Source of the DNA: Eledone cirrhosa
Lineage: Eukaryota
Reading direction: 5' to 3'
Assembly (NCBI GenBank): GCA_964016885.1
Contig: OZ024740.1
Coordinates: 228,842,001 to 228,906,000, forward strand
Length of the DNA: 64,000 bases
Below, piece by piece: positions 1 through 12,620 of this stretch (position 1 is the stretch's first letter; each line of letters starts with the position of its first letter). Made by a program: the position numbers and the translations under genes. The notes below the pieces were generated by a model, which was not told the origin of the DNA, did no database searches, and saw only the letters and a list, made by a program, of their open reading frames with translations.

Positions 1-12
1 ATGTATGTATGT

Positions 13-108
13 GCCCTTTGACAGGTTTTGTTTTTAGTCCTGCAGGATGTCCAAAGTCACCCTCCTCACCAAGAAACCTTGGTGGGGTTGCCAGTTCAGC
101 CACCATGT
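13..108 (-). mobile_element. Fragment of RTE-related non-autonomous repeat (same family as 13472-14073 and 58558-58970)
   Basis: Near-identical to 13921-14005; embedded in (TATG)n. Confidence 0.6.
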
Positions 109-121
109 ATGTATATATGTA

Positions 122-156
<35 letters not shown>

Positions 157-263
157 GTATGTGTGTATGTGTGTATATATGTCTGTATGTATTTATGTGT
201 GATTGTGTGTTTTTGGTTATTCAGTACATAATCTAGTTTATATTCATGAAGAGGTAGTTGATA

Positions 264-463
264 NNNNNNNNNNNNNNNNNNNNNNNNNNNNNNNNNNNNN
301 NNNNNNNNNNNNNNNNNNNNNNNNNNNNNNNNNNNNNNNNNNNNNNNNNNNNNNNNNNNNNNNNNNNNNNNNNNNNNNNNNNNNNNNNNNNNNNNNNNNN
401 NNNNNNNNNNNNNNNNNNNNNNNNNNNNNNNNNNNNNNNNNNNNNNNNNNNNNNNNNNNNNNN
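264..463. other. Assembly gap (200 N)
   Basis: Run of N. Confidence 1.
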
Positions 464-987
464 GATAACAATCTAATGAGACCTTTAATGTAATATAGGA
501 AAATAGACTGTATTTAAAATTAAGTATAAATATATAACATTATGTAAAAGAGATTCACTTGTATCACAATATAATGTGTATTAGAGCAAAGAATTTAAAT
601 AATTGATACTTTCCTATATATTTTAATTTAATTTAATTAGCTAGTTACCTCCCCTTACGCATTAGCTCCCCTTAATCTTGGATCTCATACTCACTTCCGC
701 AAATTAAACCGTTAAAAAAACTACTTGTTGAACAACTCTAATCCAACTCTAGGAATACAATAAGACCAATTTACAATCCATTGCTGTAACTAACTAAAAC
801 ATTCAATATAAACATTAACTAAAATATAATTTAACATATGTAATGGAAAAGACAACAATAACTTTGATTTTCTCAACATACAAATTTGAACACTTCAGTA
901 ACTATCATCACATTACATCCGCCATAAATTTTTAATACACTAACACCTTTGCTTGGTATTTTATGTGATACCTTTGCCAAACAGTAT

Positions 988-1022
<35 letters not shown>

Positions 1023-1551
1023 TATATGCCAAATACCTTTGCTGGCTTCCTTCTCATATATATGACTAACGCATGTGCACTTTCTACACGCTTGCATATG
1101 TACTGCTAGTGTCCTCATTCTTTCTCAATGCCTCTTTAATTATTATCTGTCGCATGTATTCCACTCTGTGCTTTTAATTTGAATTTGAATTTTTGTACAA
1201 TTCTCGTATAATATATGTCGCATCCATTACACCCTGTAAATACGAAACTGTTGTTCACAACATCAATATATATGTATCTATATGATTGTTCAGTTGAATA
1301 GGAGGTTAATTATATGTACAAACATTGATAATACTCCGATGACTTGAAACGAAAGTTTGGAAGGAACGATTGTCAGCAATTAAATGATTTGAACATAATT
1401 TTGATAATTGTGTAATATATATATATATATATATTGTTATACTTTGGGAAGGTCATGCTGCCAATAAAAACACACGCAGCTGTTGGTTTTCACTTCATTA
1501 TAAATTTCCGGTCGGTTGGTTGGTTCGATAACCGGATGGTTGTTTATATAT

Positions 1552-1596
1552 TGTCAAAGTTCTTTCGTCACACACTCTGTGACCTCTTCAGTGACT
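1552..1596 (-). ncRNA. Minimal type I hammerhead-like motif (family A)
   Basis: Minus strand aGTCA-CTGAAGA-g-GTCAC..GTGAC-GAAAG-aa-CTT-TGACa; lies in a TA-flanked repeat also at 5907-6153 and 6432-6680. Confidence 0.6.
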
Positions 1597-1640
1597 GTGT
1601 TTTTATTTTGTGTCGCTTCTTTGTTCTGTCCTACAAGATG

Positions 1641-1708
<68 letters not shown>

Positions 1709-2118
1709 GTTTTCTTTCTCTCTTCCTTTTTGGCTCTTTGCAGGGAACACCTACTAGGGACTCTCAACTTTTTCCCACGGACCCCAGCATTTTGAACTAT
1801 CTGTCTACTTAACAAGCTCTCGGATCTCCTGTAATACGTTTAGGGATACAGAGTAGGGGTCCATGTATCAATGACTGGGAGCTGCTGGTCTACATTAAAC
1901 AAATAACCACGTATAAACAAAAATACAGAAACATACAAAATCTTTGACATATATAGAACTGACTCCCACCCACCCATATGCGCACACAACACTGACACGT
2001 AATCATTCATACGTTTGTGTGTACAATAACTAATAGAAAGTTCAGTGACGGTGCCCCAGCATGGCCTCAGTCCGTCGGTTTGGAACAAGTAAATCTGTGT
2101 AAATTCATATATACATTA

Positions 2119-2309
2119 ATTGTTTCTACTTTTGACACAAGGCCAGCAATGATCCCGGTGTATTACTGGTACTTCATTTTATCGACCCCTTAAAGATGAA
2201 AGGCAAAGTTAACCTCGGCGGGATTTGAATTCAGACAGTAAAGGATCGTAACTCTATGCTGCAACGCATGGCGTGCGACCTTCTACCTATATTGTTAATC
2301 CCTCGCCCC
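2119..2309 (-). mobile_element. tRNA-derived SINE (dominant family)
   Basis: B-box-like GAATTCAAATCC, central ctttgcctttcatc..gggtcgataaaat..gtaccag domain, gtagaaacaatt tail. Confidence 0.85.
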
Positions 2310-2406
2310 CTATATATACATTAATTAATAAGTATTTGGATGTGCGTAGATATGTGTGTGTGTGTGTGTGTGTGTACAGAGAGAGGGGGAAGGAGAGGGG
2401 GAGACG

Positions 2407-2458
<52 letters not shown>

Positions 2459-2719
2459 GGGGAATGAGAGAGAGAGAAAGAGCGGGAGCGTGAGAGAGAA
2501 AATTAGTTAGGCACTTCAATAATTTCAATTATTTGACTTGCTGCGTAAACAATCCCACGCATATATACAGACCGTGGCGTATGCTTGTGAGTGGCAGTGT
2601 TCCTCTATGGATGAATATCGAAACAAATGTATGTGAGTGTGTATCTGTGTGTGTGTAGGATTATGTTTCTATGTATATATCTATAGGTATGTGGTATTTG
2701 TGTAAGTGTCTATATAATG

Positions 2720-2933
2720 GTTTCTTATGTAGGCACAAGGCCAAGAATTTTGGGGGAAGGGAAAGCCGATTAAATCGACCCCAGTGCGTGACTGGTACTT
2801 TATTTTATCAACCCCGTAAGGATGAAAGGCAAAGTTAACCTCGGCGGGATTTGAACTAGATGATAAAGGGGCGTAACTCTATGCTGTGAAGCATGGCGTC
2901 CGACCCTCTACCGATACTGCCAATCCACCACCC
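2720..2933 (-). mobile_element. tRNA-derived SINE
   Basis: Same family motifs. Confidence 0.85.
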
Positions 2934-2978
2934 TGTAAGAAACATTTATAAGATACTGACAGGAACATTTATAAGATA

Positions 2979-3321
2979 CTAGATCACTCGCGACCCGTTG
3001 GGTCACGTTCACTTACAAATATTTTTAAAAAATCATGTTCACTTAAAGATAAGTTTAAAATAATTGAAATATACACAGACTTGTGTCTCTTTCAACCTAC
3101 TCTCTCACAACCAGTATCTCTTTCTCTCTATTTATGAAGGTACCCGGAAAAACCCCGTATCTCGGGAACCCATGCTCCCATTTACGCGAAACTTGTTTTA
3201 TTCCATTTGTATTCCCATTTCAGGGGCAACTTCCTTTCAAAGTATTTTCCCATTTTGCGCCGTTTCGGCTGTATTAAATTACAGACAAGCACACAATCAT
3301 AGAGTTTTAGTCGTATATAGA
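2979..3321 (-). mobile_element. Non-autonomous Helitron
   Basis: Minus strand begins A^TC, ends hairpin (gaccc..gggtc) + CTAG^T; homolog at 38330-38701. Confidence 0.7.
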
Positions 3322-4071
3322 TAATAATGACATATTGCTTGTATATGTCTTAATGTGTTATTTATTGTGAATGACTAATGTAGCGAGTTTTCAGGTTATA
3401 AAGATATGTCACCTACTACCCACCATGTACCAATTACTGCTGATCCGTACTGGATAGAACTGAAAACCAAAAGATGAAGTAACACGTGGAAAATCGATAA
3501 GTAAATTACCAGACCAGTACTGATGCCAATACTGGGTCTCTCACACTCTCACTCTCTTTCGTTCTGTCTGCCCTATCCTCTTTTCTCCCTTTGCCCCCTC
3601 TCACTCTCCTTCTCTTTCTTTATCTCTAGAAGAAATCCACTGTGATCAAAGAGATGTGGAGAGATCTAGGATTCGCCATGTTTAAAATGCCCAAGATATG
3701 CCACAAGGCATGACTGCGAAACTCGTTGGTCAACACAATAGTACAGTATATCGTGTGAAGGATTAAGGAAAAACTAAAAGAAAGACTTCAATGAGAGAAT
3801 TGAGAAACTCCGTTGAACAATTGAGAAAATCTTTAGCGTTAACTAGTTGCAGGCGGCGAATTGGCAAACATGTTGGAACGCCAGATAACCCTTCAATGCT
3901 AGAAAGCACTAAAAACTACTTCAGAAGACGGCACACATTATAATTATCGTTATTGGTATAGCGAAAAAACATCTTATATTAAAAGAGTCATGGAGAGTAA
4001 ATAACACGCTAGATCAAAATCTTAATATTAGTAATAAATTGCCCAGCGGTTATATATGTATATATGTATAT

Positions 4072-4686
4072 AGGTGGCGAATTGGCATTAGAACATCAAA
4101 TAGAATGCTAGGCGGTATTCGTTCTTGCTCTCTTCTCTCTGAGTTCAAATGCCGTCGAGGTCGACTTTATCTTTCATCCTTTCAAGGTCGATAAAAAAAG
4201 TACCAGTCTGGTACTGGGGTCGATTATTCCTCTATATCGCTTTCTCGCTTCGATTCTGTCACTCACTCTCTCCTTCTCTAGAAGAAATCTGCTGTATTCA
4301 GACCCCCGGCGAGGTGGTCGGCTCTTCCAGAGTTTAAAATAAAATGTCCTAAAAACACCTATGTCAGTACAGCGCTCCTAGGACTTCATCAGGTGTTACG
4401 AGATAGAAAAAAGAAAAAGAAAAAAGTGTCAATTAATTTGGAACATCTGGCTTGGCCATCTGTTGAATTAAAATGAACACAATAGCAGATTTCTTGAAAA
4501 AATGAGAGAAAGAAGGAGGAGACAGGAAGAGAGAGGGAGTATTGCCACAAGTACTAGGTTGGTACTTTATTTATCGACCGCCGAAGATTGAAAGCTAAAA
4601 TCACCTCTGCAGGATTTGAACTCAGAGCATAATTGATCTGGAATAAAAACCTCAAAGCAGCCTAACGAATCTGCCACTTCACCACC
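4072..4686. mobile_element. Two older diverged SINE copies (4072-4222 +, 4543-4686 -)
   Basis: gagttcaaat B-box and tcgataaa..gtacc central domain. Confidence 0.65.
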
Positions 4687-4963
4687 AAACATTGTCTTCT
4701 CATCCCGTACTATCAACCAGGCCTGCTTCAGAACCCTCACATCATACATGTTTATGAAATTAAACAAGCATATGGATTTATTCAGTTTCATAGGGAAATT
4801 ATTGTACAGTAGAGAAAAGAAGACATATGACAAACTTTCTAACGAAAAAGAGAAAAGAAATGGTTTGGATGAAGCACGTGATTTACGTGTTTTCAAGTGT
4901 TTTCAAGCAGTTTCATATACGTCTGTATTTCAAGGAAACCGACACACACACACACACACACAT

Positions 4964-5013
<50 letters not shown>

Positions 5014-5022
5014 GTATATATT

Positions 5023-5055
<33 letters not shown>

Positions 5056-5598
5056 GGGGGGTGAATGACGAGGAGGAGGTGAAGAAGAAGAAGAAGAAGA
5101 AGAAGAAGAAGAAGAAGAAGAAGAAGAAGAAGAATGGAAATCTATAATACTCAATAGAAAATATGTATATTTATCATTGGCGGGGGGTGTAAATGTGATC
5201 AGAAACTGTAAGATGTATGAATATGAAAGTAATCGATGAGAAGAAATAAAAATATATATAGCAGAAGACAGGAAGAAAGTAAGATAGAAAGAAAGAAAGA
5301 AAGAAACTATGAAAGAAAGGAAGAACGAAGGAAAAAAAGAATAAAGAAATAAAAATAACATAGGGTTCTTTATCTTCACCTGTATCCCCTCCACTTTCTT
5401 TATTTCTTCTTTCCAATCCCACTTCAGTAATACTTTCAGTCTTTCTCCATCTCTTTTTTCCTTTGATTCGCTGTATTTGTCGAAGAGGTGAGAGGAGATG
5501 AAATGTTTTCATTTGTGGAATATTCTGGGATCGATCAGATTTTGTGATGATTCGTTGAGAAAAGGTGACCTTGTTCAAAGACAGAAGAATTTTTACAC

Positions 5599-5710
<112 letters not shown>

Positions 5711-5735
5711 CACGCACACACACATACACACACTC

Positions 5736-5767
<32 letters not shown>

Positions 5768-5772
5768 GTGTG

Positions 5773-5842
<70 letters not shown>

Positions 5843-5906
5843 CATATATCTCGTTTCTGAATTTGTTTAGCAAGATTCTTTATCTGAAATCGTGTGTTGA
5901 AACCGA

Positions 5907-6680
5907 TATTGTTATACTTTGGGAGGGTCATGTTGCCAATAAGAAACACACGCACCAGTTGCTTTCACTTCAATTTAATTTATTATATATTTATAAATTT
6001 ACAAATTTATAAATTTCTGGTTGGTTGGTTGGTTCCACAACCAGATAGTTGTTTATATATATAGTCATAGTTCTTTCGTCACACACTCTGTGACCTCTTC
6101 AGTGACTGGGGATTTCTTTCTTCGTTTCTGTGCCTTTCCTTTCTTCTATCCTAAAATATCCTGAAAATATATATTTTCAATGAAAACACACACACACATA
6201 GAACAAACAACTTACAATTGAAAACACACACAAAATGAAAACACACACAAGACAAAATGAAAACACACACACACATAGAACAAACAACCAACCAACAATA
6301 AATAAATAAATAAACAAACAAATAGAAAAATATAAATAGAAAAATAGAAAAATGAACACAAACACACACAGACACCCGGATGTGGCGCATGCGCAAACTG
6401 AGCACGCAACCCACACACAAACAAAATGGCGTAGGATAGAAGAAAGGAAAGGCACAGAAACGAAGAAAGAAATCCCCAGTCACTGAAGAGGTCACAGAGC
6501 GTGTGACGAAAGAACTATGACTATATATATATAAACAACTATCTGGTTGTGGAACCAACCAACCAACCAGAAATTTATAAATTTGTAAATTTATAAATAT
6601 ATAATAAATTAAATTGAAGTGAAAGCAACTGGTGCGTGTGTTTCTTATTGGCAACATGACCCTCCCAAAGTATAACAATA
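5907..6680. repeat. Inverted repeat (about 245-bp arms 5907-6153 and 6432-6680), PLE-type remnant with a hammerhead in each arm
   Basis: Arms are near-perfect reverse complements; hammerheads at 6063-6107(-) and 6478-6522(+): AGTCA-CTGAAGA-g-GTCAC..GTGAC-GAAAG-aa-CTA-TGACT. Confidence 0.75.
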
Positions 6681-6756
6681 TATACATATATATATATGGA
6701 AAAAATGAAATTTCATTTCTCACTCTTAGTACGGCTAATACGTATACATACATACT

Positions 6757-6788
<32 letters not shown>

Positions 6789-6794
<6 letters not shown>

Positions 6795-7170
6795 TATTTT
6801 GTATATCTAGCGATATACGGTGCGTTTATGAATAAACATTTGAAAGCCTTCAGCTATGAATTTTGGAAATTGATGAGGTAGCTCAATCTAGTGCTATATG
6901 CAAATGAGGCTAATCAGCCCATGTACATAGGTGTCAAAACTATATATCTTCACCTATATTGAGTTCCAGCAGAGAGCAGGGTAGGGTAGTACTGTTTTGA
7001 TAAGGACCAGAGTCAGAGACGATGATTGCCGTCGACAGTTACCCACCCTTGCTTCTACTGAGACCCTTGCTTCTAGATGGCGCTATGTCATCAGCTTCCA
7101 AAATTCATAGCTTTCAAATGTTTATTCATAAACATACCGTATCTCGCTAGTTATACAACAAATACTCATA
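6789..7170. mobile_element. MITE-like element with about 100-bp terminal inverted repeats
   Basis: ctagcgatatacggtgcgtttatgaataaacatttgaaagc mirrored by gctttcaaatgtttattcataaacataccgtatctcgctag; TA flanks. Confidence 0.65.
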
Positions 7171-7267
7171 CTTATATGTATACAGCTATGTTAGAGCGAA
7201 CAACTTAATTATATATATATATATATATATATTTATATTTATGTGTGTGTGTGTGTGTGTGTGTGTG

Positions 7268-7311
<44 letters not shown>

Positions 7312-7445
7312 GTGAGGTTTTTTTTTACGAAATGAAAAATAACCGAGGTGTCCTACACGAGTGAAAGTATCAAGAAAAAGAGATGAAATCGAAAATGCAA
7401 CTGGAGTCTTATTTTTTTTAAAAATATATATATTTTTATTTGGTT

Positions 7446-7483
7446 CCTTTACCGGTTTCTCAGTTCTTCTGCTTTTCAAAAGG
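7446..7483 (-). ncRNA. Minimal hammerhead-like motif with U3-A8 core (family B)
   Basis: CCTT-TTGAAAA-GCAG aagaa CTGA-GAAAC-CG-GTA-AAGG; copies at 25346-25383 and 61402-61439. Confidence 0.55.
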
Positions 7484-7729
7484 TGAGTTGAGATGGAGGG
7501 TCTGTGATTTTTCTCACTACGTTACACTGCACACTTGGTGACTCAACAAAAAGTAGATTATTGTTGAATCACCAAATCTGACGAGCAGATCAATGCTGGT
7601 GTTGGGTCAATGCCCTACACAGGTTATTTGAACGAATGTAACAGGTCTATATTAAATTAAAACATGTAAATGAAACTTTATCAGTGTTTCTTATATCTAC
7701 ACTCTGCCTTCTCACTACGTTACACTACA

Positions 7730-7851
<122 letters not shown>

Positions 7852-7976
7852 TGTGTGTGTAGTGTAACGTTTTTCGAAATATTTACTTCTGCGTTCACAG
7901 ATTGATTTTTTTTTAGTTTCAGAAGATCCCGATAAGGGTGAATGCAGCGATTCTTTGCTTAAACTTTAATCTGTTA

Positions 7977-8014
<38 letters not shown>

Positions 8015-8093
8015 TATATTCGTGTACAGATATTTTTGCATACACAATAACAAAATATAAACAAACGTATTTATTTCTCGAGGGTCGATAAAG

Positions 8094-8125
<32 letters not shown>

Positions 8126-8129
<4 letters not shown>

Positions 8130-8296
8130 TCGGTAGAGGGTCGGACGCTCTGCTTTGCAGCACAGAGTTACACCCCTTTATGATCTGAGTTCAAATCCCG
8201 CCAAGATTCACCTTGCCTTTCATCCTTACGGGTTTAATAAAATAAAGTACCAGTAATGCACTGGGTAATTGCTGGCTTTGTGCCAAAAGTAGAAAC

Positions 8297-8301
<5 letters not shown>
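8126..8301 (+). mobile_element. tRNA-derived SINE
   Basis: Family motifs, 5'-truncated, in (TA)n. Confidence 0.85.
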
Positions 8302-8352
<51 letters not shown>

Positions 8353-8429
8353 GTAGGTCCCGGGTTGAGTCGGGGATAACCACAGTAAGTAAGGTACTCA
8401 ATACATGGCAGAGTAAAATTTTTTTATTT

Positions 8430-8556
8430 TATAGAAGGAGCTTCTACAGGACTAGTACTGTTTCATTCAGATGAAATCTTCAGGAAGCACCTGAAGAGCT
8501 TCCTGAAGATTTCATCTGAATGAAACAGTACTAGTCCTGTAGAAGCTCCTTCTATA
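8430..8556. ncRNA. Palindrome of two back-to-back hammerheads (8440-8488 -, 8496-8548 +)
   Basis: GAGCTTC-CTGAAGA-tTTCA tc TGAAt-GAAACAG-tactagtc-CTGTA-GAAGCTC; 7-bp stem I, GUA site. Confidence 0.7.
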
Positions 8557-8896
8557 ATATATATATATATATATACACGCATGAAAATACAATGAACTTC
8601 TATGCACATGTTTTTATTGATTATCAACCTGTTACGTACGTTTCACTTGGTGACTCAACAAAAAGTAGATTATTGTTGAATCACCAAATCTGACGAGCAG
8701 ATCAATGCTGGTGTTGGGTCAATGCCCTACACAGGTTATTTGAACGAATGTAACAGTTCTATAATAAATTAAAACATTTCCTATATCTACACTCTGCCTT
8801 TGCATCGAATGATCATATTGGCACCACCTCCCATAATTTATTGAATCGTCTATACTTTACCAATGCATTGAGTACCCTTTTTTTACAACTCATAAG

Positions 8897-8969
<73 letters not shown>

Positions 8970-9009
8970 GTACTCACACACGCATGTATACATATGTATA
9001 TTTATGCGC

Positions 9010-9285
9010 AGGGACAAAGAAATAATCGGCCTGGATGCCCGATCACACGATTAAACGACTGGGAGTGAAGGACCCTAGCCTTTGTCAGGGCATTTTTCTA
9101 GGAGAAGGCAACTCAGGAAACTGGGATAACTCCGATATAAAACCTGCGGCTCAGTAGTTACCGATGGTGTTGATCTTTTCTTCTTTTCGGGTTATAGCTA
9201 CTGTCGCTCAGAGAGTGGGATTGCCTCAGTGCACAGTCTTTCCTCACTTTAAAAAATATCTTCACGCACAGGCATTGCACGATAG
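9010..9285 (+). mobile_element. RTE-related 5'-UTR-like repeat fragment
   Basis: tagcctttgtcagg..tctaggagaaggcaactc motif shared with 58575-58615. Confidence 0.4.
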
Positions 9286-9287
9286 CA

Positions 9288-9881
9288 TTGGATCGGCAGT
9301 ATCAGTAGAGGGTCGGACGCCATGCTTTGACGCATAGAGTTACGGCCCTTTCCATTCTGAGTTCAAATCCCACCGAGGTTAACTTTGCCTTTCATCCTTA
9401 CGGGGTCGATAAAATAAAGTACCAGTAATGCACTGGGTAATTGCTGGCCTTGTGCCAAAAAGTAGAAACAATTATGTTTATATACATGTGGATTGGCAGT
9501 ATCAGTAGAGGGTCTGACGCCATGCTTTGCAGCATAGAGTTACGGCCCTTTATGGTCTGAGTTCAAATTCCCGCCGAGGTTAACTTTGCCTTTCATCCTT
9601 ACGGGGTCGATAAAATAAAGTACCAGTAATACACTGGGTAATTGCTGGCCTTGTGCCAAACGTGGAAACAATTAATAATTACTACTTAATTGTTTCTACT
9701 TTTGGCCTCAAGGCCAGCAATAACCCAGTGTATTACTGGTACTTTATTTCATCGACCCCGTAAGGATGAAAGGCAAAGTTAACCTCGGCGGAAATTTGAA
9801 CTCAGACTATAAAGGGCCGTAACTCTATGCTGCAAAGCATGGTGTCCGACCCTCTACCGATACTGCCAACCCACCGCCCTT
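9288..9881. mobile_element. Cluster of three young SINEs (9288-9473 +, 9488-9674 +, 9688-9881 -)
   Basis: Near-consensus copies; the last two are tail-to-tail. Confidence 0.9.
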
Positions 9882-10077
9882 AGTAGTAATTATTAATAAT
9901 GTTATATCGTGCAATGGCTATACTCGATAACGAAGGGGTAGCCATCATGTGTGTAATGGGTTACAACTTTGCATTTCATGGTACCGGGGTCAATATAACA
10001 AGGTACCAGTAAAATACTGGGGTTGATATCGACTTTCTCTTCTCAACAAATTGCTGGTTTTGTGCTTAGATTAAAAA

Positions 10078-10414
10078 TCATCATCATCATGGTCATCGTC
10101 ACCATTATCATCACCATCAACATCATCATCATCATCATCCTCGTCATCATCATCATCATCATCATCATCCTCATGATCATCCTCATCATCACCATCACCA
10201 CCATCAACACCAATATCACCATCATCAACATGAACATCACCGTTGTCATCATCCTCATCATCATCATTATCACTATTATTACCATAACCATCATCACCAC
10301 CACCGTCACCACCACCATCATCATCCCCACCGTCCTCACCACCATCACCATCATCATCGTAACCATCACCATCACTGTCACCGCCATCACCATCACCATC
10401 ATCACCACCATCAC

Positions 10415-10446
<32 letters not shown>

Positions 10447-10740
10447 CCATCACCATCATCACCATCACCATCATCACCATCTTTCATCATCACCATCATC
10501 ACCATCACCATCATCATCACCATCACCATCATCACCAACACCATCACCACCACCATCACCACCATCATCATCATCATCATCACCATCACCACCATCACCA
10601 CCATCACCAACACCATCACCATCATCATCATCACCATCATCATCATCACCATCATCACCACCATCACCATCACCACCATCACCACCATCACCAACACCAC
10701 CACCAACATCACCACCGCCACCACCATCATCTTCACCATA
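10078..10740. repeat. (CAT/CAC)n compound microsatellite
   Basis: Direct; source of the poly-Ile/His/Met ORFs. Confidence 0.95.
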
Positions 10741-11392
10741 AGTGGCGGCGTGGGCGGTGATGGGGAAAGATCTTCACCATAGTGGCGGCGGCGTGGGCGG
10801 TGATGGTGAAAGCGCTTCACCATAGTGGCGAACAGGTAATTTTCATGGTAGGCCTGTGTGTGTGTGTGCTGCGTATGTGTGCTGCGTATGTGTGTGTTTG
10901 TGTCTGCTGTCTGGTGGCTGAGGTGTTGGTGGTGGTGGTGGTGGGGGGGGGGGGGGGGGTCAGCGATATATCGAGGAGGAGGGGGGCGTTGTTGTTGGCA
11001 ACAAGAAGAGAAAATAAGTGACATGGTATAAGAAAAAAAGCGAGCCGAGAAGACCCTGCCAACTTATATATAGAATATATGACGTCATACATAACACGCG
11101 CAAGAAAGCCACACGTTTTAGTACTTGTTAGTACTGTATTGTGTGGATGTGAAGAGTAGAAACTAAACAACAAACTGTATAGAGGAGCAGGGATGTATGT
11201 GGGATGGTAGAGAAATTAATGGGTGTGATGAATGCCGTGAAATCTCTGGGGTGAATGTTACGGAGGGAGCGACTGGAAGTGGTGATATTCATGTATATAA
11301 CTGTCTGTCTTTCACTCTATCTCCCTCTCTTCCACCCTCCCCCCTACTCTTTTAGCCTTCTTTCTACATATCTATCGATATACATAAATACA

Positions 11393-11458
<66 letters not shown>

Positions 11459-11720
11459 CGATTTCACCGAACTTATATTCATGGAAATTTGGGACTTTAC
11501 TCGTTCTTCCTCACTTTTCGTTGCTTCGCCATCTTTGTTTGTTTACACTCTCGCTGTCCCCTTTATTTACGTGTCCCAACGACTTTTTTTAGCCGTTGCT
11601 CGCACCAACCGGAGGTATATGGTCTTTAAAGCGAAGTAATACCCATGATGGTTGGAAGATCACTGATGAAGAACCACTTTATTCATATGTAACCCATTTG
11701 CAACCACGCAGCACGTTTAT

Positions 11721-11758
<38 letters not shown>

Positions 11759-11864
11759 ATACTCATCTTTTTCCATTTCTCCGAGGGTTCTTAACCCCAC
11801 TATCAGGCTAAATAATTTCTTTAATTTCTTTAGTCAAAATACGGCGATAGCTTACATTTCTAAT

Positions 11865-11909
<45 letters not shown>

Positions 11910-11911
<2 letters not shown>

Positions 11912-12536
11912 AAAACGAAAAATATGTAAACATGGCGTGCTGCGTGGTTGCAAATGGGTTACATATGAATAAATTTAGTCCTTCATCAGTGATCTTCCAG
12001 CCTTCATTGGCATTTCATCGCTTTAAAGACCATATACCTCTGGTTGGTGCGAGCAACGGCTAGAGAAAGTCGTTGGGACACGTAAATAGGGGGAACGAGC
12101 GAGACAGTAAACAATCAAAGATGGTAATGCAACGAAAAGTGAGGAAGAAGGAGTCAAGTCCCTGAAATTGATGAACATAAGTTCTGTGAAATCGTGGACG
12201 AGAGATAAAGACCATCCAACCTGGTCGAAGTGTGAGTAAGGAAAGAATTTCGCACGGGTCAAACGGGAGGAAGTAGGAGAGGGAGTAGTAGAGAGTGAGT
12301 GAGTGAAAGTGTGAGGAAGAGGCTAACAGAGAGAGTGACTGGCAGAGGGGGTAAAGATACAGAGGAAGCAGTAAGAACGAAATAGACGGGTCATAGCAGA
12401 GGAAAATATATAAATATATGAAAAATATGAAAACATGGCGTGCTGCGTGGTTGCATATGGGTTACATATGAATAAATTTAGTCCTTCATCAGTGATCTTC
12501 CAACCTTCATTGGTATTTCATCGCTTTAAAGACCAT
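11910..12536. mobile_element. TA-flanked element with about 110-bp terminal direct repeats (unit about 503 bp)
   Basis: catggcgtgc..aaagaccata at 11931 and 12434; homologs 41650-42167, 11460-11720 (inverted, diverged), 37050-37160, 62075-62180. Confidence 0.7.
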
Positions 12537-12545
12537 ATATATATA

Positions 12546-12620
<75 letters not shown>

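Noticed and set aside
464-900. Possible PLE ORF remnant after the gap
   Set aside because: Too many stops and no diagnostic motif could be read.
2119-2309. tRNA genes suggested by GTTCAAATCC B-boxes
   Set aside because: SINE heads; no complete cloverleaf.
4345-4398. CTGATGA plus long stem II on the minus strand
   Set aside because: GAAA and stem III missing; half motif only.
10023-11024. 245-aa poly-Ile/His and 317-aa poly-Met/Asp ORFs
   Set aside because: Stop-free trinucleotide repeat array.
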